Origin: an uncultured Akkermansia sp.
GTDB lineage: Bacteria; Verrucomicrobiota; Verrucomicrobiia; Verrucomicrobiales; V1-33
DNA: 64,000 nucleotides
NCBI GenBank assembly: GCA_964523105.1
Contig: CAZFZN010000031.1
Location: forward strand, 17,683-81,682
Reading direction: 5' to 3'
In this document: positions 33,242 to 42,033 of the stretch, piece by piece
Numbering within the stretch: position 1 is the first letter of the stretch
Layout of the letters: every line of letters starts with the position of its first letter
Notes under the pieces: generated by a model
The model's input: the letters and a program-made list of their open reading frames with translations, nothing else
Databases searched by the model: none
Told to the model about the DNA's origin: nothing
Position numbers and translations under genes: made by a program

Positions 33242-34534
33242 TCAGTCGAAGCGCACGCGCGGGTCCACCATCGCGACGAGGAAGTCGCTGAGGATATTCC
33301 CGAGCAGCATGAAGAGAGCGGCAATGGAAACCGTGGCCATCACGATGGGATAGTCGCGGTCCACGATGGACTCGAAGCCGAGCAGGCCGAGGCCATTGAT
33401 GTCGAAGACGCGCTCAATGAGGAACGAGCCGCCGACGAAGGCGGAGAGGGCAAAGCCGAGATTGGTGGCGATGGGAATTAGCGCATTGCGCAGCGCATGG
33501 CCGGTGACGGCTTTGTGATACGGCACGCCTTTCGCCACCGCGGTGCGCACGTAGTCGGCGGCGAGATTGTCCATGAGCTGGTTCTTCATCAGCATGGTGA
33601 GAAAGGCGAACGCGCCGATGAGGTAGCAGCACAGCGGCAGCACGGTGTGGCGCGCGATGTCCTTCACCTTCCCCCATGTGCCGAGGTCGGTGAAATTGTA
33701 GCTCGTGAGCCCGCCGGTGGGGAACCAGTCATTGCGCACCAGCCAAGAAGTCGCCAGCAGGGCGGCGAGCGCATACCCGGGAATGGCGTAGCCGCCGAAG
33801 ATGAGCGACGACGAGACGTTGTCCTGCCAGCGCCGGTGTTTGAGCGCTTTGAAAATGCCGAGCGGAATGCTGATCAGATAGCTGACCAGTAGCGTGAGCA
33901 CGGCAAAGTATATCGTCGTCGGCCAGCGCGCGAGAATCACATCCAGCACCGGCTCGCCGTAGCGGAAGGACTTGCCGAAATCCCCCTGGAGCACGCCGTT
34001 GAAGCGCTCGCGGTAGATTTCCACCTTCTCGATCTTCGGCGGAGGCGGGGCCGCGGGGTCAGCGGGCACCGGTGCAGCGGCTTTGGGTTTCGTTTCCGGC
34101 ACGCGCCATTTCCAGGTGTCGTTCGGTTTCCCGTCAGGATTGAGCACTTCAAACTTCCCCGGCCCCAGCCGCTTCACCAGCAGCGGCTCCCGCGGACCCG
34201 GCGACCGGACACGCAGTTCGTTCTCCTTCTCGCCAAATTCGATGCGCTTCCGCTGATCCGCATACGGCCACACGCCCAGCCACGCGAAGTAGCCCTCCAC
34301 CGGACCAATATCCAAGCGATAGGTGACCTTGAGCTGCTCCAGCTGATCCTCGGAAAGCGCCTGCTGCCCGCCCGGCCCCGTGCTGGCGCCGCCATCTCCT
34401 GCTTTGCGCATTTCCGCGAGCCGCTGTTCCATCGGGCCGCCGGGCACGAAGCGCGTCAGCAGAAAGACGACGAGCGTGACGCCAATGAGCGTCGGCGGGA
34501 TGAGCAGAAAGCGGCGGAGGAAATACGATCGCAT
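33242..34534 (-). CDS. ABC transporter permease (OppB/DppB type) with a large insertion in the first periplasmic loop
   Basis: N-terminus MRSYFLRRFLLIPPTLIGVTLVVF. An EAA-like loop (YVRTAVAKGVPYHKAVTGHALRNA). More than 130 extra residues follow TM1. Confidence 0.85.
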   Translation of the reverse strand: MRSYFLRRFLLIPPTLIGVTLVVFLLTRFVPGGPMEQRLAEMRKAGDGGASTGPGGQQALSEDQLEQLKVTYRLDIGPVEGYFAWLGVWPYADQRKRIEFGEKENELRVRSPGPREPLLVKRLGPGKFEVLNPDGKPNDTWKWRVPETKPKAAAPVPADPAAPPPPKIEKVEIYRERFNGVLQGDFGKSFRYGEPVLDVILARWPTTIYFAVLTLLVSYLISIPLGIFKALKHRRWQDNVSSSLIFGGYAIPGYALAALLATSWLVRNDWFPTGGLTSYNFTDLGTWGKVKDIARHTVLPLCCYLIGAFAFLTMLMKNQLMDNLAADYVRTAVAKGVPYHKAVTGHALRNALIPIATNLGFALSAFVGGSFLIERVFDINGLGLLGFESIVDRDYPIVMATVSIAALFMLLGNILSDFLVAMVDPRVRFD

Positions 34535-34555
34535 GGTCCGTGGCTGCTCGGTTCC

Positions 34556-37096
34556 TTACTCCCGCCCCCCCTGGGGATCGAAGTCCATGGGAATGCGGAA
34601 GGCGGGGAAGTCCTTCAGCGTCAGGCTCAGCAGGACGCCCCATTCCTGCTCCTCGCGGTGGTCGCGGATGATGGCGCCGACCGTGGCGACCCAGCTGGTG
34701 AGGTCGCGGTGGACGCTGTATTGCTGGGTTTCGAGGGTGCTGTCGTCCATCTCAAAGCGTTCATAAATGCTGACGCCCCATTTGTCAGTGAGCCGGGCGT
34801 AGGCGTGGAAATCGAGCAGGCTGCTGTCCTCGAATTCCGGGTGGTCGTTGAGCGTGCGGTGCCCGATGCTGAATTCCATGCTGTCGGTGGGCATGAAGGC
34901 GGCGCGGGTGTTGAACTCGGTGAAGTTGCCCATGCGGTCGCTGATGGGAAACTGCGCGCCGACATCGAACTTCATCCACGGCACCGGCTGCCACGCGATG
35001 TCCTGGTAGAAATTGGAAAAGTCGCGGTCGTATTCGGGGTCTTCGATGAAGGCGTCGATGTAGGTGTTGGCCGTGAGCCAGTTGAAGGTGGCGCGGTCGC
35101 GTTTCGTCTGAAGACGGTTGGCGACGCCGAGGCGCACGAGATTCCAGTCGCGCAGGCTGTCGAGAGCCGTCCAGTTGCTCACTTCCAGCGGGCGCGGGCG
35201 CGTGCTGGGCACCAGGGTATCGATGCCAAACCCCGCGCCGAGATCGTCGGCACTGACATACGACCAGTTCACATAAGGCTGCACGATGTGCCGCAGCCCG
35301 TCGAGGCCCAGCTTGGGATTCACCACGCCGTCATAGACGCGCGAGAACTTCGCGGAGGCGTCGAGTCCGGCGGAGAACAGGAAGCGCGAGTGATCCAGCG
35401 GCTCCACGCCTTCGATGCTGGAGTAATTCGTGAATCCGGCGCCCATGCGCGGCGTCAGGGTCACGGCGCCGTCGTGCCAGCGGATCGGGTAATAGACTTC
35501 GCTCCAGGTGTGCGAGCGGTTGAAGCCGGGATTGATGAGGCTGGCGCGCAGGCTGTCGAGCCGCGCAGCATTCGCGGGGCTGCCGGGATCGGGGCCGGCT
35601 TCGATGAGGGCGATTTCCGTGAGAATGGCGCGCTCGGCGTCGTCGCTCATGCGCTCCTCCAGCACGCCGAAGCTCGTGGAGCCGCTGTAAAACAGCCCCG
35701 TATTCCAGAGCGGCTGCCTGACAAAGTCGAGCGCCAGCTCCGGCAGCCGGGTGTCGGTCTCGTAGAAGTCATTGAAGTGGAACCGCCCCCAGAGGCTGAG
35801 TTCGCCGCGGTCGTGCTGTTTGATGAGCGCGATGGTGTTGTCCGGCTGCGGGTCGTTGCGGAATTCGTTCTGGAAAAAGTCCTCGTAAAAGAACGCGTCG
35901 CTGATCTTGTTCAGGTCCACGTCGAGATAGAAATCATCCTCTTTCGGCGAGGGCAGATAGACCCGGTGCTGCAGATTGACGCGGTAGCGGCTGTTGTCCA
36001 CGTCGAGGCGCGGGCGGGTGTCGCCGCTCGTGCTGGTGGTGGGCGAATCGTCGTAGAGCCAGTAAAACTTGAACTTCCCGAACTTCGACGAGCGAGGAAA
36101 CCGCCGCGTCTCCAGGTCCAGACCGCCGCCGGCGCCGCGCCGGGAATATAAGTCGAAGTGCCACTTCGCGACCGTGTGATCGCCCACGGCCGTGGTGTAT
36201 TGATTGAGCAGGAAGGCGCCGAGATTGCTGCGGTATCCCGGCAGCACCATGTAGGCGAATTCTTCGTCCAGCGGCTGCGAAAGCTTCGGCAAATAGAACA
36301 CCGGGGTGTCGCCGGCATAGACCTTCAGTTTGCTGAAGACGACTTTGTCGCCGGGATAAAGACTGATCTTGTCCGCCGTGATGCGATAGCCGGGATGGTC
36401 GCTGTCGTGCGTGGTGAACTCCGGCACGTCGAAATTGACCACGGAAAGATCGCGGTCGCCTGAGGCATTGACGCGCGCCGCCTTGAAAAACAGCGGCTCC
36501 ATGCTCGTCCGCATGCCGGAGGCGTCGAGGTGCCGGCTGTCCGTGTTGTAGGTCGCATTGTCGCCGCGGTAGATCATGCCCTCGCGGTAAATCGCGACAT
36601 CGCCCATGAAACGCAGCACGCCGGTTTCGGACTCATACTCCGCGCTGCCGGCAAAAACCTCCATGCCGTCCGCCTCAAAATGCAGCATTCCGCTGCGCGG
36701 CTTGATGACCGCCTTGCCGTCCTTGTAACTGAGATCGCTGCTGTCAATCCGCAGGTCGCTGATGGCGTCGAGTTTTTCCAGCACCTGGTCGAGGCGCGAA
36801 AGCCGCGTCCTCGTGCCTGTGGACAGCGCTGCGGCGTCGGAGGGCAGCTGCGGGAGCTTCGTTTCCAGCTCTGCCGGCAGGGGCGACTCCGCCGGCACCG
36901 GCGACGGCTTCTCCGGCGCAGGAATCATCGGCCCGGGCTCGAGCAGTGAAGGCTTCTCCGGCTCCGGCACCGGCGGCGGCACGGGAGCCGGCGCATCCGA
37001 CGGCGGCGGCACCGGAGGCGGCGCTGGAGTGTTCTGCGCCATCGCGCCGTCCGCACTCAGGGCGGCGGTGAAAAAGAGCAGCAGCAGGCGCTTCAT
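34556..37096 (-). CDS. lptD: LptD/OstA-family outer-membrane LPS-assembly protein (probable)
   Basis: Signal peptide MKRLLLLFFTAALSADGAMA and a P-rich linker. An OstA-like N-terminal segment (FEADGMEVFAGSAEYESETGVLRFMGDVAIYREG) is followed by a large aromatic-rich beta-barrel-like C-terminus. Confidence 0.6.
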   Translation of the reverse strand: MKRLLLLFFTAALSADGAMAQNTPAPPPVPPPSDAPAPVPPPVPEPEKPSLLEPGPMIPAPEKPSPVPAESPLPAELETKLPQLPSDAAALSTGTRTRLSRLDQVLEKLDAISDLRIDSSDLSYKDGKAVIKPRSGMLHFEADGMEVFAGSAEYESETGVLRFMGDVAIYREGMIYRGDNATYNTDSRHLDASGMRTSMEPLFFKAARVNASGDRDLSVVNFDVPEFTTHDSDHPGYRITADKISLYPGDKVVFSKLKVYAGDTPVFYLPKLSQPLDEEFAYMVLPGYRSNLGAFLLNQYTTAVGDHTVAKWHFDLYSRRGAGGGLDLETRRFPRSSKFGKFKFYWLYDDSPTTSTSGDTRPRLDVDNSRYRVNLQHRVYLPSPKEDDFYLDVDLNKISDAFFYEDFFQNEFRNDPQPDNTIALIKQHDRGELSLWGRFHFNDFYETDTRLPELALDFVRQPLWNTGLFYSGSTSFGVLEERMSDDAERAILTEIALIEAGPDPGSPANAARLDSLRASLINPGFNRSHTWSEVYYPIRWHDGAVTLTPRMGAGFTNYSSIEGVEPLDHSRFLFSAGLDASAKFSRVYDGVVNPKLGLDGLRHIVQPYVNWSYVSADDLGAGFGIDTLVPSTRPRPLEVSNWTALDSLRDWNLVRLGVANRLQTKRDRATFNWLTANTYIDAFIEDPEYDRDFSNFYQDIAWQPVPWMKFDVGAQFPISDRMGNFTEFNTRAAFMPTDSMEFSIGHRTLNDHPEFEDSSLLDFHAYARLTDKWGVSIYERFEMDDSTLETQQYSVHRDLTSWVATVGAIIRDHREEQEWGVLLSLTLKDFPAFRIPMDFDPQGGRE

Positions 37097-37169
37097 GCAG
37101 AGTCGGCGGAGGGGAGGGAGTTTGCGGAACTAAAGGAGTTCCGGGCAAATTGCAAACTCCCGCTCCACG

Positions 37170-37793
37170 TCATTTCCAGCCGCGCACTTTGCAGTGGACC
37201 ACCGCCACCTGGCCCATGTAACTCTGCGCCGGCGCGAGCGCCGCGGCCTGGAGCATGTGATCCTTCGCCTCCGCGGTCTTTCCGAGCGCTTCAAAATAGA
37301 GCCCGAGGTAGAGATGCGCATACATTTGCTGGCTCTTCACCGCGCCTTCGGATTTCCCCTCCTTCGCCTCCGCAGCCTTGAGCACCGCCTCCGGGCTTCC
37401 TGTTCCGGCAAAGAGCGCGTGAATCTCCTTCATCGGCACCCGGGGGTCGCGCGTGATAGGAATGAACACCTTGCGCGCCGCATCCGGGCTTTCCAGCTTC
37501 GACACGCACAGAAAGTGCCACACCGCGTTCTCCACGTCCTCACTGTTCACCTTCTGATGCACCTCGAACTGCTCCCGGCCGTCCTTGTAGCGCTCCGCAT
37601 AATACAACGCCAGCCCGCGCTGCCAGTGCCCCGGCAGCGACGCCGGATCCTCCTTCACCTGCGCATCCCACTCCACCAGCGCCTCCTTCATTTTTCCGGC
37701 AAAGAAAAACTCCACGCCTTTGGAGAAGCGCGTGGATGCCTCCTGCGCGAATGCAGCGGCGGCGGTGAGGAGAAGGGCGAGCAATTTCATCAT
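37170..37793 (-). CDS. Secreted TPR-like helical-repeat protein
   Basis: ATG 37793 gives MMKLLALLLTAAAAFAQE. The helical repeats show TPR-like A/Y/L spacing. Confidence 0.6.
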   Translation of the reverse strand: MMKLLALLLTAAAAFAQEASTRFSKGVEFFFAGKMKEALVEWDAQVKEDPASLPGHWQRGLALYYAERYKDGREQFEVHQKVNSEDVENAVWHFLCVSKLESPDAARKVFIPITRDPRVPMKEIHALFAGTGSPEAVLKAAEAKEGKSEGAVKSQQMYAHLYLGLYFEALGKTAEAKDHMLQAAALAPAQSYMGQVAVVHCKVRGWK

Positions 37794-37840
37794 GACACCG
37801 GCAGCGTAGCGCACCGGGCTCGATGAAAAGAAGAAAACCG

Positions 37841-37960
37841 CGGATGGACACGGATGGACGCCGCTGCAAGGCACCGCCTTCCCCATCCCTCCCGCCCCGC
37901 CGCTTCCTCCTTTCCTCTCAGACAAAAGTATCCGTGTTCATCCGTGTCCATCCGTGGTTC
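37841..37960. repeat. Inverted arrays of 10-nt tandem units flanking a pyrimidine-rich 70-nt spacer
   Basis: 37841 cggatggaca-cggatggacg 37860 faces 37931 tccgtgttca-tccgtgtcca-tccgtggttc 37960. The element lies in a divergent promoter region. Confidence 0.7.
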
Positions 37961-37975
37961 TTGAACTCCTCACTC

Positions 37976-38200
37976 ATGCCTACCCGACCCAATCCCGTCC
38001 TCACCACCGGCACCCTGCTGCGCCGGCACGGGGAACGCACCTGGATCACCGCACTGCCCAACGGCGCGGAAACGCTCGCCCATGTGCCCACATGGAAGCT
38101 CGACTCCATGCCCCCGCTCCATGAAGGCGACCGCGTCCGCCTGGAGATGACGCAGTACGATTTCTCCATCGCGCGCCTTTCCGGGAAGGCGGAGGGCTGA
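37976..38200 (+). CDS. Divergent IF-1-like S1/OB-fold protein (74 aa)
   Basis: GTLLRRHGERTWITALPNGAETLAHV..GDRVRLEMTQYDFSIARL aligns by eye with IF-1 ([44 protein letters not shown]). It lacks the basic KMRKNYIRI stretch. Confidence 0.55.
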   Translation: MPTRPNPVLTTGTLLRRHGERTWITALPNGAETLAHVPTWKLDSMPPLHEGDRVRLEMTQYDFSIARLSGKAEG

Positions 38201-38317
38201 GCGGCGCATTTCAGGCCGCCAGGTTCCGGCCTCCCGCCGCCGCCGGGAGAGTTCCCGCATCCTTTCTCTTGCCCTGCCCGTCCAGCCTGCCACCGTCGCC
38301 CGCAACCAACACGACCA

Positions 38318-39250
38318 ATGGCGTTTTTCAAAAAGCTGTCACTCAAGGGCTTTGGAGAGAAGAAAAAGGACATGCCGGAAGGGCAGTGGCACAAGTGCCC
38401 CTCCTGCAAGGCCATGCTCCATGAGATCGAGCTGGAGGAGAACCTGCGCGTCTGCCCCAAGTGCGCGCACCACAATCCGCTCGATTCCGCCGCCCGCGTT
38501 CTGTCGCTGGTGGACGACGGCTCATGGGATCCCCTGGATACGCACCTTCGCTCGCAAAATCCGCTCGGCTTCAAGGCCTACAAGGAAAAGGTGGCGGCGA
38601 ACATGGCCAAGACCGGTCTCAATGAAGCCGTCGCGACCGGACGCGCCGCCATTGCCGGTCATCCGGTCACCCTCGGCGTCATGGACTTCCGGTTTCAGGG
38701 CGCCAGCATGGGCAGCGTGGTGGGAGAAAAAATCACCCGCGCCATCGAGACGGCCACGGCGGAAAAACGCGCCAGCATCATCGTCTCCGCCAGTGGCGGC
38801 GCCCGCATGCACGAAGGCATTCTCAGCCTCATGCAAATGGCCAAAACCAGCGGCGCCCTCGCCCTGCATCACGAAGCCGGACTCCCGTTCATTTCCGTCC
38901 TGACACATCCCACCTTCGGCGGCACCACCGCCAGTTTCGCCACCCTCGGCGACATCATTCTCGCCGAACCCGGCAGCATCATCGGATTCGCCGGCCCGGT
39001 GGTCATCCGTGAGACCACGCACCAGAAACTGCCGCCGGGATTCCAGACCGCCGAGTTCATGCTCCAGCACGGACTGGTGGACCGCATCGTCTCCCGCCAC
39101 GATTTGCGCCCGGCCATCGCCTCGTTCCTCGACTACTTCATGCCCGCACCCGTGCACCGCGGCGCGCCCGCGAAAAAGAAGACCGCTCCCGTGCCGGCCG
39201 CGCCGAAGGACGAGCCGGCCCCGCAGCCGGAACCGGTGGCGCACTCGTGA
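38318..39250 (+). CDS. accD: Acetyl-CoA carboxylase carboxyltransferase subunit beta
   Basis: Zinc ribbon CPSCKAML..(14)..CPKCAHH followed by a carboxyltransferase domain, with a P/A-rich tail. Confidence 0.93.
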   Translation: MAFFKKLSLKGFGEKKKDMPEGQWHKCPSCKAMLHEIELEENLRVCPKCAHHNPLDSAARVLSLVDDGSWDPLDTHLRSQNPLGFKAYKEKVAANMAKTGLNEAVATGRAAIAGHPVTLGVMDFRFQGASMGSVVGEKITRAIETATAEKRASIIVSASGGARMHEGILSLMQMAKTSGALALHHEAGLPFISVLTHPTFGGTTASFATLGDIILAEPGSIIGFAGPVVIRETTHQKLPPGFQTAEFMLQHGLVDRIVSRHDLRPAIASFLDYFMPAPVHRGAPAKKKTAPVPAAPKDEPAPQPEPVAHS

Positions 39251-39273
39251 GCATCCGGAGTGCCGCACTCGCC

Positions 39274-39876
39274 ATGCCCGCGAAGCGCCCAGCCGACACT
39301 GTTTCAGCCGCCGACAGCCCGGATCCGGTCACCCGGCACTTCGGGCAGCGGCTCAAGCACCTGCGTCAGGAGCGCGGCTGGTCGCTGGAATCACTCGCCG
39401 GCAGCAGCGGCGTGAGCCGCTCCATGCTCAGTCAAATCGAGCGCCGGCAGGCGAACCCCACGCTCGCCGTCACGCTCCGCATCGCGCGCGCCTTCGGCCT
39501 GTCGCTCGGCGAACTCGTGGAGGCGCCGGGCGCTTCGCCGCAGATCAGCGTCATCCGCTCCGCCGACCGGGCCTATCACTATCATTCCGATGACGCGTGC
39601 GACATCCGCACGCTTTCGCCGCTGCACCTCGAAAAGGATGTGGAATTCTACGAGGTGCGGCTGAAGCGGGGCGGCGCCCTGCGCAGCGCGCCGCATTTTC
39701 AGGGCACCAGTGAATATCTCACCGTCTCCGCCGGCAGCGTCCGCGTGGAGAGCGGCGGCGATTCGGAGATCCTCAGCGCCGGAGACTCCGCGAGCTACCG
39801 CGCCGACGTGCCTCACGCCATCGTGAACAACGGAGCGGAGGAGGCCGCGCTCTACCTGGTGGTCATTTACCGCTGA
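39274..39876 (+). CDS. XRE-family HTH regulator with C-terminal cupin domain
   Basis: HTH LESLAGSSGVSRSMLSQIERRQANPTLAVTLRIARAFG, with cupin strands at the C-terminus. A GTG at 39247 is an alternative start overlapping the accD stop. Confidence 0.85.
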   Translation: MPAKRPADTVSAADSPDPVTRHFGQRLKHLRQERGWSLESLAGSSGVSRSMLSQIERRQANPTLAVTLRIARAFGLSLGELVEAPGASPQISVIRSADRAYHYHSDDACDIRTLSPLHLEKDVEFYEVRLKRGGALRSAPHFQGTSEYLTVSAGSVRVESGGDSEILSAGDSASYRADVPHAIVNNGAEEAALYLVVIYR

Positions 39877-39903
39877 GCGCCGCGCTTCGAAAAGCCCGCG
39901 GCG

Positions 39904-41874
39904 ATGACGGAACGATTACAAACGGACCGTTGTGCGAAGCCCCTGCCCTGCTCTCTTGTTCCTCACCGCATGCCACTACCCGCCGCTTCATGGAAACCCG
40001 CCGCTCTGCGCGCCGCCGTTTGTCTGCTGCTTTACATCGCCGGCTGGCTGGCCTCGTGGTTCAGCGGGGAACCGGCCGCCGTTTGGGTCTTTGCCGCGGC
40101 CTGCCTGCCCGGAGCGTGGGGCCTCATGTTGGAAAGCTGGCAGGATCTGATTTCGCGCCGGCTCGACATTCATTTTCTCATGCTCGCCGCAGCCGTGGCC
40201 TCCGCGGCGCTGGGGCACTGGCAGGAGGCCGCGCTGCTGCTCGTGCTTTTCTCCGGCTCGGAAGCGCTCGAAGCCTACGCCAATCACCGCACCGAAACGG
40301 CGCTCGCCTCACTCTTTCACGACACGCCCCGCACGGCCCTGCGCGTCATGCCGGACGGCACGGAACAGGAATTCCCCGTGGATGAACTCGCTCCCGGCAT
40401 GACCATCCGCATTCAGCCGGGACAACTGGTGCCCGTGGACGTGCGCATCACCGCGGGAGAAAGCGAGTGCGATGAAAGCAGTCTCACCGGCGAGGCCATT
40501 CCCGTCGGCAAATCCCCCGGTGCGGAAGCACTCGGCGGCGCGCTGAATCTGTCAGGGCTGCTCACCGCGGACGTCGTGCGCCCCGCTTCGCAAAGCGCGC
40601 TGCAGCAGATCATGGCGCTCATCCGCGACGCTCAGGGCAGGAAGGCGCACGCGCAGCGCTTCACCGACCGGTTCGGCACGGGATACACGGCGCTGGTGCT
40701 CATCGGATGCACGGCGCTCTTCCTGTTCTGGTGGCTGGGGGCCGGACTGCCGGCCTTCCGCGACAACGGCGGCACGGCCAGCGCCTTTCGCCGCGCCATC
40801 ACCGTGCTCATCGTCGCCTCCCCGTGCGCGCTCGTCCTCAGTGTGCCCTCCGCCATTCTCGCCGCCATCGCCCGCGGCGCGCGCATGGGCGTCATCTTTC
40901 GCGGCGGCTCCAGCATCGAGGATCTGGCCCGCGTCAATGCCATCGCGCTCGACAAAACCGGCACCCTGACGACCGGCGAACTTCAGGTGGAGGAGGTTCA
41001 CACCTACTCCGGCGAGGAAAACGCCCTGCGCCACGCCGCCTTCAATCTCTCACGCCAGAGCACCCATCCGCTCTCGCGCGCCATTGTCAGGAAATTCACC
41101 GCCGGCGCCGTCGTCGAGGAGCCGCAGGGTTTCACCAACGTCCCCGGCAGCGGCGTCAGCGGCCAGCTCGGCGGCGGCGAATGGCGTCAGGGCAAACGCT
41201 CCTGGATCGCGGAGTTCGCGCCCCATTTGCCGGATGAAGACAGCGCGGAGCGCGCGCCCGTGCACAGCGAAGTCTGGATCGCCGGACCCGGCACCACCGG
41301 CTGCCTTTGGCTGCGCGACCAGCCGCGCACCGGCGCCAAGAACCTGCTCGATCAAATGCACGCCGGCGGCATCCGCACCATCATGCTCACCGGCGACCGC
41401 CCCGCCGCCGCTCAGGCCGTGGCCAGCCTCACCGGTGTTCAGGAAGTTCACGCCGGACTTCTGCCCGGCGATAAAACCGAAATCATCCGCCGCCTCCAGA
41501 AGGAAGGCCGCCACGTCGCCATGGTCGGCGACGGCGTCAACGATGCCCCCGCCCTCACCGCCGCTCACGTCGGCATCGCCATGGGCCTGCGCGGCAGCGA
41601 CGCCGCACGCGAACAGGCCGACCTCGTGCTCGCGCGCGACCGCCTCGATGCCGTGCTCGACGCATGGCACCTCAGCCGCCGCGCCGTCCGCATCATGCGC
41701 CAGAACATCGGCGTCGCCCTCGGCATGGCCGGCGGCATGGTCATTGTCAGTATCGTCACCGAAATCCCCCTCTGGCTCGGCGTGCTCACCCACGAAGGCA
41801 GCACCGCCGTCGTCGTGCTCAACAGCCTGCGCCTGCTGCTGTCCGGAACGGTGCGCCGGAACCTGCCAGGCTGA
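39904..41874 (+). CDS. P1B-type heavy-metal ATPase, P1B-4-like (no N-terminal metal-binding domain)
   Basis: DKTGTLT, MLTGD and GDGVNDAP. The TM metal site reads SPC (ASPCAL) rather than CPC, and the last TM carries HEGSTAVVVLNSLRLL. Confidence 0.88.
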   Translation: MTERLQTDRCAKPLPCSLVPHRMPLPAASWKPAALRAAVCLLLYIAGWLASWFSGEPAAVWVFAAACLPGAWGLMLESWQDLISRRLDIHFLMLAAAVASAALGHWQEAALLLVLFSGSEALEAYANHRTETALASLFHDTPRTALRVMPDGTEQEFPVDELAPGMTIRIQPGQLVPVDVRITAGESECDESSLTGEAIPVGKSPGAEALGGALNLSGLLTADVVRPASQSALQQIMALIRDAQGRKAHAQRFTDRFGTGYTALVLIGCTALFLFWWLGAGLPAFRDNGGTASAFRRAITVLIVASPCALVLSVPSAILAAIARGARMGVIFRGGSSIEDLARVNAIALDKTGTLTTGELQVEEVHTYSGEENALRHAAFNLSRQSTHPLSRAIVRKFTAGAVVEEPQGFTNVPGSGVSGQLGGGEWRQGKRSWIAEFAPHLPDEDSAERAPVHSEVWIAGPGTTGCLWLRDQPRTGAKNLLDQMHAGGIRTIMLTGDRPAAAQAVASLTGVQEVHAGLLPGDKTEIIRRLQKEGRHVAMVGDGVNDAPALTAAHVGIAMGLRGSDAAREQADLVLARDRLDAVLDAWHLSRRAVRIMRQNIGVALGMAGGMVIVSIVTEIPLWLGVLTHEGSTAVVVLNSLRLLLSGTVRRNLPG

Positions 41875-41887
41875 TTCCGTTGCGGCA

Positions 41888-41972
41888 GTAGCGCGGGCAT
41901 GGCGCAGCCTGCCCGTGTTCGCTCCCTGCCTCGGAAAACAAACGCGGCCAGCCTGCGGCATGACCGCGCTAC
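41888..41972. repeat. Inverted doublet of GTAGC-headed hairpin units (same family as 3956..3985)
   Basis: 41888 GTAGC-GCGGGCA-tggcgcagcc-TGCCCGT 41916 and 41944 GCGGCCA-gcctgcggca-TGACCGC-GCTAC 41972. Confidence 0.75.
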
Positions 41973-42033
41973 AGTTTGAAATGACAAAACCATGACACTT
42001 CCCGCCCCGGGGATGTCTATGGTAAGCAGCACC

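Noticed and set aside
37823-37975. Upstream extension of the IF-1-like ORF (start at 37823)
   Set aside because: The extension is the translation of the 10-mer repeat element (SVFIRVHPWF) and the pyrimidine-rich spacer. The IF-1-like alignment begins at ATG 37976.
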